IMG/VR virus record: IMGVR_UViG_3300028177_000001
Span: 62,001 to 126,000 of that record
Reading direction: 5' to 3' (one strand)
Length of the DNA: 64,000 bases
Part shown: positions 18,233 through 27,817 of the stretch, one piece after another
Numbering within the stretch: position 1 is the stretch's first letter
Layout: each line of letters begins with the position of its first letter
Notes under the pieces: model-generated
The model's input: only the letters and a program-made list of their open reading frames with translations
Databases searched by the model: none
Told to the model about the DNA's origin: nothing
Program-made: the position numbers and the translations under genes

Positions 18233-20988
18233 GGTTGGCCTCGCCTGCGGCGAACTTCAACCACACTGCCGCGCATCTCAAGCAGGCGGGCCACCCGCTG
18301 CACGCTGGCTTCGGGCAGGGGTTCCCTAAGAGACACCCTCTCGCCGAAGGGGATCACGTGCTTCTTGGGAAGCCCCCAGACCTCCATCTCGCCGAACTGC
18401 CAGCTGCCGGTCGGAGCCACCAGCTTCATGTCGGAGTGAGGGTCGTCCAGATACGCAATCGTGGAGTGAGGGTTGTACCGAGGGAACTTGTCGGCGACAT
18501 CGAAGCCCGCTCCCTCAAGCTTTGCCCAGACCTGGTCGCGAACCGCGCTCAGATCCTTCGAAAACCGGACGGTGCTGAACACCACCTTGCCTGTGGGAGT
18601 CACAAACCTGTCCAGTTCCCCCAGGGAGGCTTGCACCGGGGCGTCCAGGTCTACCAGAGCCGTCTCCAGAACCTGAAGAAACTCGTCCTGCCTCGCCTTC
18701 GGAACAGCCCCCACGTACAGGAAAGTGACATGCTGGGGCGAGGTGTCCTCTTCCTTTCTGGGGAACTGGGCGGAGATCTCCTTCGGAACAGGGATGAAGA
18801 GCCCAACACCGCTGCCGTCTCCGGTCTCCGCTGCCATGCGGACTTCTCTGGGGATCGCCGAGTTCTGGGAAGGAAGGTGGAAGTCCTCAGGCGAGCAGAT
18901 CAGCTCGTGCGCAGGCTGGTGGATGGGGAACGTCTGGATCTTGAGAGGACGGCCCAGCGCCTTGGATGTAGCCTTCAGGTCAGACTCGTACGTGGTGATG
19001 TTCTCGTTCTCCCAGATGTCAATCTCACTCACCGTGTTGAGACCGGCCAGAAGGTTGCGCAACACCACGACCTTGAACCGAGCCGCTGACATACCGGGGT
19101 TGAAGTACATCGCGTCAAACCGGAGTCCCTTCTGTCCCAGGAGCTCCTTCACCCGCTTGCTGTGCCTGCGGATGCGCCCCGTGACCACGACGGTGTAGGT
19201 GCTTGCCTCGCGGATCGCTTTCTTGGCTTCCTGCACGGGGGTGGGGATCCAGTAGTTCGACGAGGGCCGATCGGGCACACAAGGCTCGCCAAGGGACTCC
19301 TCCCGCACAAAGAAGGAGAAGGGACCGTCGTCCAGCTCCGAACCCTTCCACCAGGTCGGTGTCTTCTCCCAGGAACGGAACAGCGTTCCGTCAAAGTCGA
19401 ACATCGCGATCTTGGTGTAGCTGCGAGCGATCTTGACTGAGCCCTGGCGGGGCACACCCAGAACCGCCTCGGCGATCGTCGCGCCCCACTTCTGCTTCAG
19501 GCCGTCAGAGTTCATTTCCAGTTCCCTTGAGATCATTTGCTTCAGGCGCGAGGCCTGCTGCGCCAGGTCGGGGTTGTCCAGCAAGAGCTTCTGGCCGATC
19601 TGCCTCACTTGAGCCCCGAGTCTGCCCATGTCCCGAAGCTCGAGGTCGTACTTCCGAGCCAGGTCGGGAACGAAACTCTTGTCCTTGTATGCGTTGCCTG
19701 GGTTCTTGAGCATACCCAGGAACTCCCAGGCGTCATCCCGCTCCATCCCCAGGGTGATCTCGCGAACCCGAACCTGCTCGCTTGAGGGCAAGAACTGGAT
19801 GCTGGCACCCAGAGGAAGACCCACGTCCAGAAGCCCGAACACGAGATCCATGCGCTGGTCGCGAACGTAGTTCTCAAGAGTGGAGCGGAAGCCCTTGTCC
19901 TTTAGGATCAGTTCCCGTACCGGCTCCAGCAGTCCCAGGTCCTCCATCATGGCCAGCGCCTTCTTCCAGGTGCTCTCGGTGAGAACGATCTGGGTGAGAA
20001 GCTGGGCGAGGTGAGACGAGGGGATGTTTTTGAGCTTCGGCGCGTTCTGCTTGATGGCAGCGCGAGTGTCCGGGGTGAGCTTGTGTCCGTACCGGAGGGC
20101 GAACTTGATCACCCGGATCATTCGACTGGGGTCATCCGAGAAGGTCTTGCCTGGGTCCGCCGGGCACTGCATCCGACCCTCGGCCAGGTCCCGGAGTCCG
20201 CACCCCGTCAGATCGAGGATGTCCTTCTTGTCTGGGCCGTTCGCCAGGGCCATCAAGCGGATCAGCAGGGTGTTGTAGGTAAGCTCTCGCCGGTAGACAT
20301 CGTCCTGGATTGTTGACGGCGCCACGCCCGTGGGCTTGTACCCGCCCTCCTCGTAGGACTCGGTCCGGGCGTTTGCAATCTCGATTTCCTCGCCCTCCAT
20401 GTCAAGCCCGTTGAGATCCCAGGGCTCAAGCACCTTCAGAAGAACGACGCCCCACTGGTTGGTCTTCTTGTTCATCCGCGCAGGCACCGCACGAATCAGC
20501 TTGTCCGCGAACCATTCCGAATCATGCCCCAGGTTGACCGCGTCAACGACCGCGTCCACATCCTTGATAGGCCGGTCCAGAACGAAGTCCCGTACAGCAC
20601 CTCCGACCACGTAGACGTGCTTGCCCGCCTTGGGTCCGAGCGTCCGAGCGAACCCCGACAGGAACTTCATCAGCGCGACGGACTTCTTGTGAGCAAGAGA
20701 GGCATGCAGGAACTTCGCGGCCACCCGGCTGTCCGGCTGCGACGCCTGCTTAGGCTCCTCACCGTACTTCTTGCCCACGACCCCGCTCTTCGCCTTCCGC
20801 TCCTTAACGATCTCGCGATCACCCTCCGCCTTCTGCCAGGGTCCGTAGTGCTTACCGCAGAACCACGCACGTCCTCGGCCGTCCGCCCAGATGCACTCGT
20901 GCTCCGGGGAGCTCTTACACCCCTCGTGCATGCACTGGCTGAACGGCGCGTGCCCTCGGGCAACGCGGCTGGCCGAGGGCTGGATCAA
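18229..20988 (-). CDS. tRNA nucleotidyltransferase (CCA/polyA class II) + HAD phosphatase + 2H phosphoesterase fusion
   Basis: NTase: VVGGAVRD..DVD, ARTESY, DDVYRRELTYN, DDPSRMIR. HAD: FDFDGTLF..VVTGR. 2H: HVTF and HSTI. Confidence 0.85.
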   Translation of the reverse strand: MIQPSASRVARGHAPFSQCMHEGCKSSPEHECIWADGRGRAWFCGKHYGPWQKAEGDREIVKERKAKSGVVGKKYGEEPKQASQPDSRVAAKFLHASLAHKKSVALMKFLSGFARTLGPKAGKHVYVVGGAVRDFVLDRPIKDVDAVVDAVNLGHDSEWFADKLIRAVPARMNKKTNQWGVVLLKVLEPWDLNGLDMEGEEIEIANARTESYEEGGYKPTGVAPSTIQDDVYRRELTYNTLLIRLMALANGPDKKDILDLTGCGLRDLAEGRMQCPADPGKTFSDDPSRMIRVIKFALRYGHKLTPDTRAAIKQNAPKLKNIPSSHLAQLLTQIVLTESTWKKALAMMEDLGLLEPVRELILKDKGFRSTLENYVRDQRMDLVFGLLDVGLPLGASIQFLPSSEQVRVREITLGMERDDAWEFLGMLKNPGNAYKDKSFVPDLARKYDLELRDMGRLGAQVRQIGQKLLLDNPDLAQQASRLKQMISRELEMNSDGLKQKWGATIAEAVLGVPRQGSVKIARSYTKIAMFDFDGTLFRSWEKTPTWWKGSELDDGPFSFFVREESLGEPCVPDRPSSNYWIPTPVQEAKKAIREASTYTVVVTGRIRRHSKRVKELLGQKGLRFDAMYFNPGMSAARFKVVVLRNLLAGLNTVSEIDIWENENITTYESDLKATSKALGRPLKIQTFPIHQPAHELICSPEDFHLPSQNSAIPREVRMAAETGDGSGVGLFIPVPKEISAQFPRKEEDTSPQHVTFLYVGAVPKARQDEFLQVLETALVDLDAPVQASLGELDRFVTPTGKVVFSTVRFSKDLSAVRDQVWAKLEGAGFDVADKFPRYNPHSTIAYLDDPHSDMKLVAPTGSWQFGEMEVWGLPKKHVIPFGERVSLREPLPEASVQRVARLLEMRGSVVEVRRRRGQP

Positions 20989-23312
20989 AAGTCCCAGCCC
21001 CCGAAGATAACCTCAGCCACCTTCTCGTGTTCTGGGAAGTCTGGGGAGACTCCTTCCAGGTTGGAGTTGCGCAGGCCGAACTCGGCGGCGTCGTATGCGG
21101 GAGCGAACATCGACTGAGTCTGCTCACCGTCGCTCATGTTCGCGACTCGGACGTTCGCAGTCTTGAGCTGCTGCAGCTCCGGCCCCGTGGTGTCTTCCAG
21201 GATTGCCTTGTTGTAGGTCCCACACTTGCGGGTGCCGTTCTCCAGAGTGCGCACCATGTTGCACCCCGCGCAACGATCCATTGCTGCCACGGCGGGGAGA
21301 GCGTTGGCCCGGTGCTTCAGGGCTCCCTTCTCGCAACCGGCCATTCCGGTGGGCGACGCATAGGCGGAAGCTTCCACGTACAAGAAGCCCGCGCCGCCCT
21401 CGTGGGCCTGCCTCAGTTCCTGCAGACCGTCCGCCATAGCTGTCTGAACGCGGTCAGAGAACCGCTGGCCGATGAGCTCGTCGAGCCTGGCGCCTGCGTA
21501 GCCCTCGGACATGGCCTGGCGGACGTACCGCAGCCCCGCCCGAACATTGCGGAGACTGTCAGGGGAAGCCTTCTTGGCAACTGCCCTCTGGAACTGCGTG
21601 CCCTCGTAGGTACGGTTGTCGTCGAGCTCCTCCAGAGCTCCGGTCTTGGTCAGAAGCGGATCCAGGTACTTCGATGCAGACGGAACCATGTCCGCCGGGA
21701 TCAAGCGACGAATCTCCTCTGCCAGACGCTTGCCTCGCAGCCCGGACTTGATCACCCGAGCCACCTTGCGAACGGCGACCTTCACCCGCTCTTCAGCGCG
21801 CTCGGCTGCAACCCGCTGAAGGTTCTGGTCGTGGCGGGCCACCCGAGCCTGCCGACCTTCCCGACGCTGACGCCGAGCAGAGATATCCCCAGCCTGTCCC
21901 TGGTTGGGAGCCCCGCTAAAGCCAGCAGTGCGCAGCCACTCTGATGCCTGCTCCAGAGCCCGGTTGACCTCCGACTCGCGACGTGCCTCCCGCGCCGCCA
22001 GGGCCGCGTCCTTCTGAGCCCCTCGCTGGTCGACCTCGGCCTGGCTGCTCGCAGCGCGAGAGCGAGTTGCCTGAAGGCGAGCATCCAGAAGGGCCTGGCT
22101 TCCAGCCTGACCCTGATTCACGGCTCCGGAGAAGTCCCTCGACTGGGCGAGCTTGATGAGACGCACCCCGGCCTGAACCTTACGCTCAGGACTGGCCTCA
22201 GCTGCCAGGATACGGTTGCACGCCTCCTGCGAGAAGAACCCGTCGCGGGCCCAGCGCTTGATTTGAGCATGCGCCGACGCGGTCTTGCGAGCCAGGTGCT
22301 GGACCTGGGGGTCCTCAATCTGCAACTTCTTGTCGGCCAGGAAGCCTTCCCGGACAGCTTCAGAGTGCTGGGGCAGCCACGTCTGGGATGAGTTCTTCGA
22401 CGGAATCTCAAGGAAGGCTCGCTGGAGCCTGTCCCGATCCGAGCCTTCCCAGGTCGGGACCAGTGCTGCGATCCGAGCTTCAAAGCGCGGGAAGTAGAAG
22501 TCGGCCGCTTCCTTCCAGGGGATCTGGGTGACCGCGTGCTTGCCTGTGTACCCGCACCGACCGTTCTGGATCCAGGTAGCCTGCTCCATCTCGCTGGCGG
22601 ACACGAGAACGTACCGAGCCCGAGAAGCATGCTTCTTGACAGCCGTGGACCACTTGCCCGTGCCGTACCCAGGATAGGCAGAGGCGCGGATGTAGACGTT
22701 GCCTGCCAGGCCGTGCTCGGCGCGCACCCTCCGAATGAAGGGGGCGATACGCCCCATCTCTTCACCCATGCTCTCAAGGGCCTGCTTGCACACGACCTCG
22801 ATGTCCTGACCCTCGGCCGACCGACGCATGGCGTGAGCTACCACAGCCCGCATCTGCCTTGTTGTCGCCTTCTTGGTCTGCGGAGCATCCGCAGTGAGGG
22901 ACTCCTCGTATCGGGCCTGGTTGAGATCGCGGGACACGTGTCCGCGTCCGTCCGTGCGTCGGTTCACACCCCAGGCTTCCACCAGCTCTGGGATTATGGT
23001 GTCGTTGGTGCTGTGGGGAAGCCGCTCAGGATCCTGGGAAACTGTAGGGTTCAACCAGTTCAGGTCCGCCAGTTCTTCACCCTGGAGCATCTCCGTGAGG
23101 TCCATGTCCTCCGCCGCCCCCCTGGTCAACCCGGTGGGCAACGCAGGCGACGGGAGAAGCTCAGGATCGAACACGGCTTCAAGCACGCCCATCCCGTACT
23201 CCATGTCGGGATACTCACCAACCCCGAAGCCGGACCCCAGGGTGGACGTCAAGAGGTCCGAAGGAAACTCCGAGTTGCCCAGCTGGTCGATGGTCGAGGT
23301 CTTGTCACTCAT
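20985..23312 (-). CDS. Large putative head protein with Cys clusters
   Basis: 775-aa ORF translationally coupled within the operon, with an internal FSGA.NQGQAG duplication and KKA/KTA linkers. Confidence 0.6.
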   Translation of the reverse strand: MSDKTSTIDQLGNSEFPSDLLTSTLGSGFGVGEYPDMEYGMGVLEAVFDPELLPSPALPTGLTRGAAEDMDLTEMLQGEELADLNWLNPTVSQDPERLPHSTNDTIIPELVEAWGVNRRTDGRGHVSRDLNQARYEESLTADAPQTKKATTRQMRAVVAHAMRRSAEGQDIEVVCKQALESMGEEMGRIAPFIRRVRAEHGLAGNVYIRASAYPGYGTGKWSTAVKKHASRARYVLVSASEMEQATWIQNGRCGYTGKHAVTQIPWKEAADFYFPRFEARIAALVPTWEGSDRDRLQRAFLEIPSKNSSQTWLPQHSEAVREGFLADKKLQIEDPQVQHLARKTASAHAQIKRWARDGFFSQEACNRILAAEASPERKVQAGVRLIKLAQSRDFSGAVNQGQAGSQALLDARLQATRSRAASSQAEVDQRGAQKDAALAAREARRESEVNRALEQASEWLRTAGFSGAPNQGQAGDISARRQRREGRQARVARHDQNLQRVAAERAEERVKVAVRKVARVIKSGLRGKRLAEEIRRLIPADMVPSASKYLDPLLTKTGALEELDDNRTYEGTQFQRAVAKKASPDSLRNVRAGLRYVRQAMSEGYAGARLDELIGQRFSDRVQTAMADGLQELRQAHEGGAGFLYVEASAYASPTGMAGCEKGALKHRANALPAVAAMDRCAGCNMVRTLENGTRKCGTYNKAILEDTTGPELQQLKTANVRVANMSDGEQTQSMFAPAYDAAEFGLRNSNLEGVSPDFPEHEKVAEVIFGGWDF

Positions 23313-24249
23313 GGTTCTTCTCCAGATAGCGGGAGGCTACTCGCTCGGAACTGACAGAAGCCAGCCGATAGCGAGACAGGCCCACATCTGCCTTAGTTGT
23401 AGTCCGGTGCAAGTCCCAGGCCAGGCTCGCCAGCTCGTCCGCTTCCTGCACCAGGGTGTCGAAGAAGCGGGGGCTGTCCTCGAAACTGAAGTCCTGCTCG
23501 GCTTCTTCAGCGTTGATCTTCATGGACCGCACTCGCCCCTGAAGGTTCTGTACTCGGTGCGAGAGGTTGTTCAACGCAGTCTGGGCATCCAGAAGGGATC
23601 GCTGGAGAGGCCGGTGCTTGACGCGGGCTGTCTTTCCCTGTGGGGAATCCTCGTCCAACTCGTCTTCCTGGTCTTCCGCCCAGCCCTCGGGGTCTTCCTT
23701 GATGGCCTCGGCGTCCTCCACGATCTCCTTGACCTCTTCCCTGTCGCGGGAGTCCAGGGTGTCCTCGGCCGGATCCCAGTGAGGCGCATTGAGCTCGTCG
23801 TGAACGGTGTCTCCGATCGCCGACAGGGCCTCGATGCTGTTCATCAACTGGCGTCTCATGTCCGTGATCTTCTGAATGTACCCCTTCCCGCCGAGGTTGC
23901 CGTCCGGGCTCACGTTCCTGCTCTTGATCTTGACGAACCGGGCGTGCGCCGAGGTTGCGTGGCCCAGGGCCATCAAGGTGGAGCGAAGGACCTGCGCAAG
24001 AGGCTTCAGGTGCCGAGCATTGAACAAGAAGTTGTCGTGGATCTCGCGCTCCGAAGGTCCCGGAGTGTTCCAGGCCCACTCGCCTTTGTCGCCGCCCCGG
24101 TCCTTGATGAACCGGACTTCGCCAGCGGTCTTCACCTGGCCTGCATGCTTCTGCCGGGCGAAGCGAACGGCGACACGCTGAGGGTTCGGGGTAGACATGG
24201 GGCAGAGCTCCTCTGGTGTAGACGCACCCATAGGGTCTCTACCGCTCAT
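23305..24249 (-). CDS. Putative head protein with tags at both ends (start may be 24198)
   Basis: RVAVRF near the N-terminus and RVASRY at the C-terminus. Confidence 0.6.
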   Translation of the reverse strand: MSGRDPMGASTPEELCPMSTPNPQRVAVRFARQKHAGQVKTAGEVRFIKDRGGDKGEWAWNTPGPSEREIHDNFLFNARHLKPLAQVLRSTLMALGHATSAHARFVKIKSRNVSPDGNLGGKGYIQKITDMRRQLMNSIEALSAIGDTVHDELNAPHWDPAEDTLDSRDREEVKEIVEDAEAIKEDPEGWAEDQEDELDEDSPQGKTARVKHRPLQRSLLDAQTALNNLSHRVQNLQGRVRSMKINAEEAEQDFSFEDSPRFFDTLVQEADELASLAWDLHRTTTKADVGLSRYRLASVSSERVASRYLEKNHE

Positions 24250-24272
24250 TCTTGCCCTGGGAGGACGTTGTC

Positions 24273-24866
24273 CTATCCCTTCAGGGGGTCACCGTTGCCG
24301 TCGAACAAACGCTCGACGAGCAGGTTCCCGTCTGCGTCCTTGTTGAACGTCCAGAGGTCCTTGGTGCTCTTGTGGATGAGGGTCCCCTCGGCCACCTTGA
24401 GGAAGGACGTCAAGTCTCCCAGGCTGGCCGCATGCATACGGACGTTGCCCGCCGAGAAGGCCAGGCTTCCCATCTCCGCCGCTGTGAGAGGCCTGGTGGG
24501 CACAGCCGTTAGGAACTCCGCGTGGACCGGGCGGAACTTGCCGTCGGCCCACTTGACGAAGACCAAGCCCTCGTGGGAAGTCACATCCCCGCCCGCCGAA
24601 CGCACCGTCACTACCTCGCCGGAGACTCCCGGGGCAGGAGGATCATCCATCGAGAGGTAGGACCCCAGGGTTCCCTTGAAGGACACCTTGGTTCCAGACG
24701 CCACGGGAAGCTCGAGTGCAGCTGCCTCACGCCCCTTGTCTGTCAGAGCGCGAACACCCTCAAAAGCCTCGCCGAAGCCCTTGCCTGCCAGACGCTGGTC
24801 TACGGCACTGGGAACTGTCGTAGCGGTGTGTCCCGCAATCAAGCGGTCCCAGAAGTCTCCGTTCAT
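24273..24866 (-). CDS. Hypothetical virion protein
   Basis: 197-aa ORF, first gene after a late motif. Confidence 0.6.
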   Translation of the reverse strand: MNGDFWDRLIAGHTATTVPSAVDQRLAGKGFGEAFEGVRALTDKGREAAALELPVASGTKVSFKGTLGSYLSMDDPPAPGVSGEVVTVRSAGGDVTSHEGLVFVKWADGKFRPVHAEFLTAVPTRPLTAAEMGSLAFSAGNVRMHAASLGDLTSFLKVAEGTLIHKSTKDLWTFNKDADGNLLVERLFDGNGDPLKG

Positions 24867-24904
24867 GGTCTACAGCCTACCAGAGGGTTTGCAGAGAGCG
24901 GGGC

Positions 24905-24919
24905 ATAGGCCGATCACCG
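24905..24919 (-). promoter_or_regulatory. Putative late promoter
   Basis: cggt gatcggcc tat upstream of the operon containing the cargo polyproteins. Confidence 0.65.
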
Positions 24920-26146
24920 GATGAGCTCGTAGTTCCGGGTGCGGTTCCGGAACCATGGGTCCTGCACGGCCTGGAGACCCAGTTGGTCCGTAGCCCGAAG
25001 CCCCGATGTGTTCCCCATAGTGGAGAGCTGGTCGTCCGAGAGAGCAGAGGCGATCTGGTCTGCCTGGACCGTGCCCTGGAGAATGCGCGTGAAGGCGGGT
25101 CCGTAGGGAATCCTGATAGACCAGTCCGTCAACAGGGACACAGAGAGGGACGCTGTGTAGAAGTAGGAGTCCTCGTTCTCATCGTAGGTCTCTTCGGCCT
25201 CGCCCCCGTGGTTCACCTGATCGATCTCGATCCCCTCGAAGGAGAGCCGGTCGCGCAGCTGGGCCTGGAGGTACATGAGAGTGCGGTCGGTAATCTCACC
25301 TTGAGCGTACACGTCGCGGGCCATAATGTCGAGGTCCACGCTCATTTCGAACTTGCCGCCGAACTCTCGAGCTGCCTCTTCGCGGCGCTCGGAAATGCCC
25401 ACCGCCATCACGTCGCCTTCGTAGGCTCGCCGACCGAACGCCAGGACCACCCCTGGGATTGCGGTGTTGTTGGCGCCGTTCTCTTCGACCGGAAAGGGGC
25501 CGGTGCTCGTGCCCGCGTAGCGGTAGTCCACAGAGAGGGATGTCCCTGAGGGCAGAGGACGCACCAGCGTGATGATACCAGTGGCCGAGTCGGCGGAATA
25601 GTTGATTCCTTCATACAGCGGGAGGTTGCCCGGCATTTCGTAGACCACCATGGAGCCGGGGTGGAACGCCCCCTGGCTCACCGTGTAGACACGAGTATCA
25701 ACAGACGCGACCGGACGCTCGTCGATTACCGACAGCAACGGGTCCACATAGAACACCAGGTAGTCTCGGGTCACGCCCTTCCACGCCAGGGCTTCCTTGC
25801 GGACCTCGATGTAGTAGATGCCGGGAATCGTGGGGAACACCCCTGCGTTCTTCTGGATGGCTCGACTGTCCTCTCGAACCCACTCAATCGAGGTCCCGAG
25901 CTTCCCGTATGCCTTGTACAGAGTGCAGTAGGACACAACGGTGCCCTGGAAGTTGTCCGCCGAGAACCGCTGCGGGGTGGCGGACGTGCTCTTGAGGATG
26001 ATGGCCTGCTGAGGCCGTTCCTCGAATGAGTACTTCCCCTGGATGTTCGGTGTCAGGGAGTCCTTGTACTTCGGGTCCTTAGCCCAGAACTCCCGGAGCT
26101 CTCCGATCATCCGCTCCTTGATAGCTTCTGAGAGGACGTAGTACAT
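24914..26146 (-). CDS. Putative neck/tail-completion protein
   Basis: 410 aa, downstream of the portal, with a beta-rich fold pattern. The function is inferred only. Confidence 0.4.
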   Translation of the reverse strand: MYYVLSEAIKERMIGELREFWAKDPKYKDSLTPNIQGKYSFEERPQQAIILKSTSATPQRFSADNFQGTVVSYCTLYKAYGKLGTSIEWVREDSRAIQKNAGVFPTIPGIYYIEVRKEALAWKGVTRDYLVFYVDPLLSVIDERPVASVDTRVYTVSQGAFHPGSMVVYEMPGNLPLYEGINYSADSATGIITLVRPLPSGTSLSVDYRYAGTSTGPFPVEENGANNTAIPGVVLAFGRRAYEGDVMAVGISERREEAAREFGGKFEMSVDLDIMARDVYAQGEITDRTLMYLQAQLRDRLSFEGIEIDQVNHGGEAEETYDENEDSYFYTASLSVSLLTDWSIRIPYGPAFTRILQGTVQADQIASALSDDQLSTMGNTSGLRATDQLGLQAVQDPWFRNRTRNYELIR

Positions 26147-26152
26147 GCTTCC

Positions 26153-26209
26153 TCAGGGGTCAGGGGTGCCGGCTGCCTCTTGCGCGAGGATCTTGCGGAG
26201 GTTCTTCAT
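26153..26209 (-). CDS. 18-aa mini-ORF MKNLRKILAQEAAGTPDP
   Basis: The ATG overlaps the upstream stop (TGATG) and the ORF fills the intergenic gap exactly. Confidence 0.35.
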   Translation of the reverse strand: MKNLRKILAQEAAGTPDP

Positions 26210-27768
26210 CAGATGTCCCTAACTACGACGTAGCCCACGGTGCCCGTGAAGCTGGCGCTGGCTGCAATGGTGAAGCCGGTCACAGCCTTCGTGGTCGCGG
26301 CCAGAATGGCAGTGGTGCCTGGGTTATCCAGAAGCACCGTGAAGGAAGCGTCGGACATCGAGATGTCGAAGGCGACAGCCTCAGAAGCCGACGCAGAGAA
26401 CGCAGCCGAACCGATCAGGCGCGACTCGTCGATGGTCGGAGTCCCTCCTGTGAGAGTGAGGGCTCCTCGTGAGCAGTGGGACAGCGTCGCTGCGACAGTC
26501 TCGTCCAGAGCGATCGTACCCAGCCCGCACCGAGTGGCGGTGAATGCCTGAGTGCCCGACAAGGTCAGGCCCCCGACCACCGGGTTGTTGTACAGCACCA
26601 GAGCCCCGCCCGAGGCGAGGTCGCAGATGATGTCCCCGACGTTGCCCAAATCCTGGAGCTGGTATGCAGTCGCAGTGTTAGCAGGCACATCGTTGGCTGT
26701 GTCGTAGGAGAGGTTGAAGTCGTTCGCCCACTCCAGACCAGAGACTCGGAAGCTGGCGCAGTCGGCGATCAGAGTCGTAGAGGTCGCGCTGGAGCCGCGC
26801 CAGGTTCCGCCCCGGACCCAGATGTCGTTCGCCGTACTTGCGTTGATCTGGTAGCCGCCTGCCCCAGAAGCAATGAGGATCGTGTCCTCCACCAGAAGCG
26901 CCTCAGACAACACGAGACTGCCCGAGGCCGAGCCTCCGGACAAAGTCGCACCCGACAAGGTGATCCCGCCAGAGGGGGTCGTAGAGGTGGCGAGAGTGAT
27001 AGCATTCCCCCCGCTCCCCGCAGTAATCGCCTGGATGGTGACCACACCCGCAGCCGCTGTGGCCTTCACCGTTGTTGCAAAGCCGTTCAGCGCATCGTTG
27101 ATCGCAGCCGTGAGCTCCGCTGCCACCGCAGTGATTGTGCTGCCCAGCGTGGAGAAGTTGTTGCTGCCTGCAGCTCGGGTTCCGGCGATGCCTGTGAGCA
27201 CCGTGCCGTTGATGGTGAGGGTATCCCCCGCAGCCAGGGGCGCAGTCACTACTGTGACGGTTCCCGATGCAAAGGTGTCTGCTCCGTCCACCTTGATACA
27301 GGCGTAGGCCGCAGTAGTGCTCTCGATCTCCATGCCCCGAATGACGGTCTTGAGCGGCACCGTGTCCAGAGACGCAGAGATTGTGACCGTGTGTGCCGCG
27401 CCGCTGTTGGTGATCTTCGCTCCGCCGGGAGAGCACAAGAACACTCCGTCCTTCTGGAGGGTCACGTTCTCCGTGTAGACGCCCGGTAGGACCCAGACGA
27501 TTGACGGCAAGAGCGTGCTCGAAGTATCCGGGATCGCGTCCAGAGCAGCCTGGATGGTGGTGTACGCCGCGCCGTCGCCTGCTCGGCCTACGACGTAAAC
27601 CCCTGTGATCGCTCGCATTCCCACGAGGGAGGGGAGAAGCACGCCTGCCGTGAGGACGGCATCGACGAGCTTCATTGCGCCAGCAGTACTGTCCCTGCCT
27701 ACGGTGAGGGTGTCACCGGAGCCTGGTTCGATCTGAAGTGCATCTACCTGGAACGGTGATTGAGCCAT
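26209..27768 (-). CDS. Fibre/appendage protein: beta-helix with inserted domain and C-terminal small beta domain
   Basis: AYTTIQAALDAI..VLPGVYTENV. The C-terminus is paralogous to 54961..55389 and the insert to 33102..34001. Confidence 0.65.
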   Translation of the reverse strand: MAQSPFQVDALQIEPGSGDTLTVGRDSTAGAMKLVDAVLTAGVLLPSLVGMRAITGVYVVGRAGDGAAYTTIQAALDAIPDTSSTLLPSIVWVLPGVYTENVTLQKDGVFLCSPGGAKITNSGAAHTVTISASLDTVPLKTVIRGMEIESTTAAYACIKVDGADTFASGTVTVVTAPLAAGDTLTINGTVLTGIAGTRAAGSNNFSTLGSTITAVAAELTAAINDALNGFATTVKATAAAGVVTIQAITAGSGGNAITLATSTTPSGGITLSGATLSGGSASGSLVLSEALLVEDTILIASGAGGYQINASTANDIWVRGGTWRGSSATSTTLIADCASFRVSGLEWANDFNLSYDTANDVPANTATAYQLQDLGNVGDIICDLASGGALVLYNNPVVGGLTLSGTQAFTATRCGLGTIALDETVAATLSHCSRGALTLTGGTPTIDESRLIGSAAFSASASEAVAFDISMSDASFTVLLDNPGTTAILAATTKAVTGFTIAASASFTGTVGYVVVRDI

Positions 27769-27795
27769 CCGGTCCTCCGCTGGTCCTTCGGAGTG

Positions 27796-27810
27796 ATAGC
27801 GTCAGTACCG
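27796..27810 (-). promoter_or_regulatory. Putative late promoter
   Basis: cggt actgacgc tat. Confidence 0.65.
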
Positions 27811-27817
27811 TGAAGGG

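Noticed and set aside
7245-24660. Many long plus-strand ORFs (e.g. 7301..8452, 10513..11685, 11897..13555, 22873..24660)
   Set aside because: They lie almost entirely opposite well-supported minus-strand genes and show typical shadow-ORF composition.
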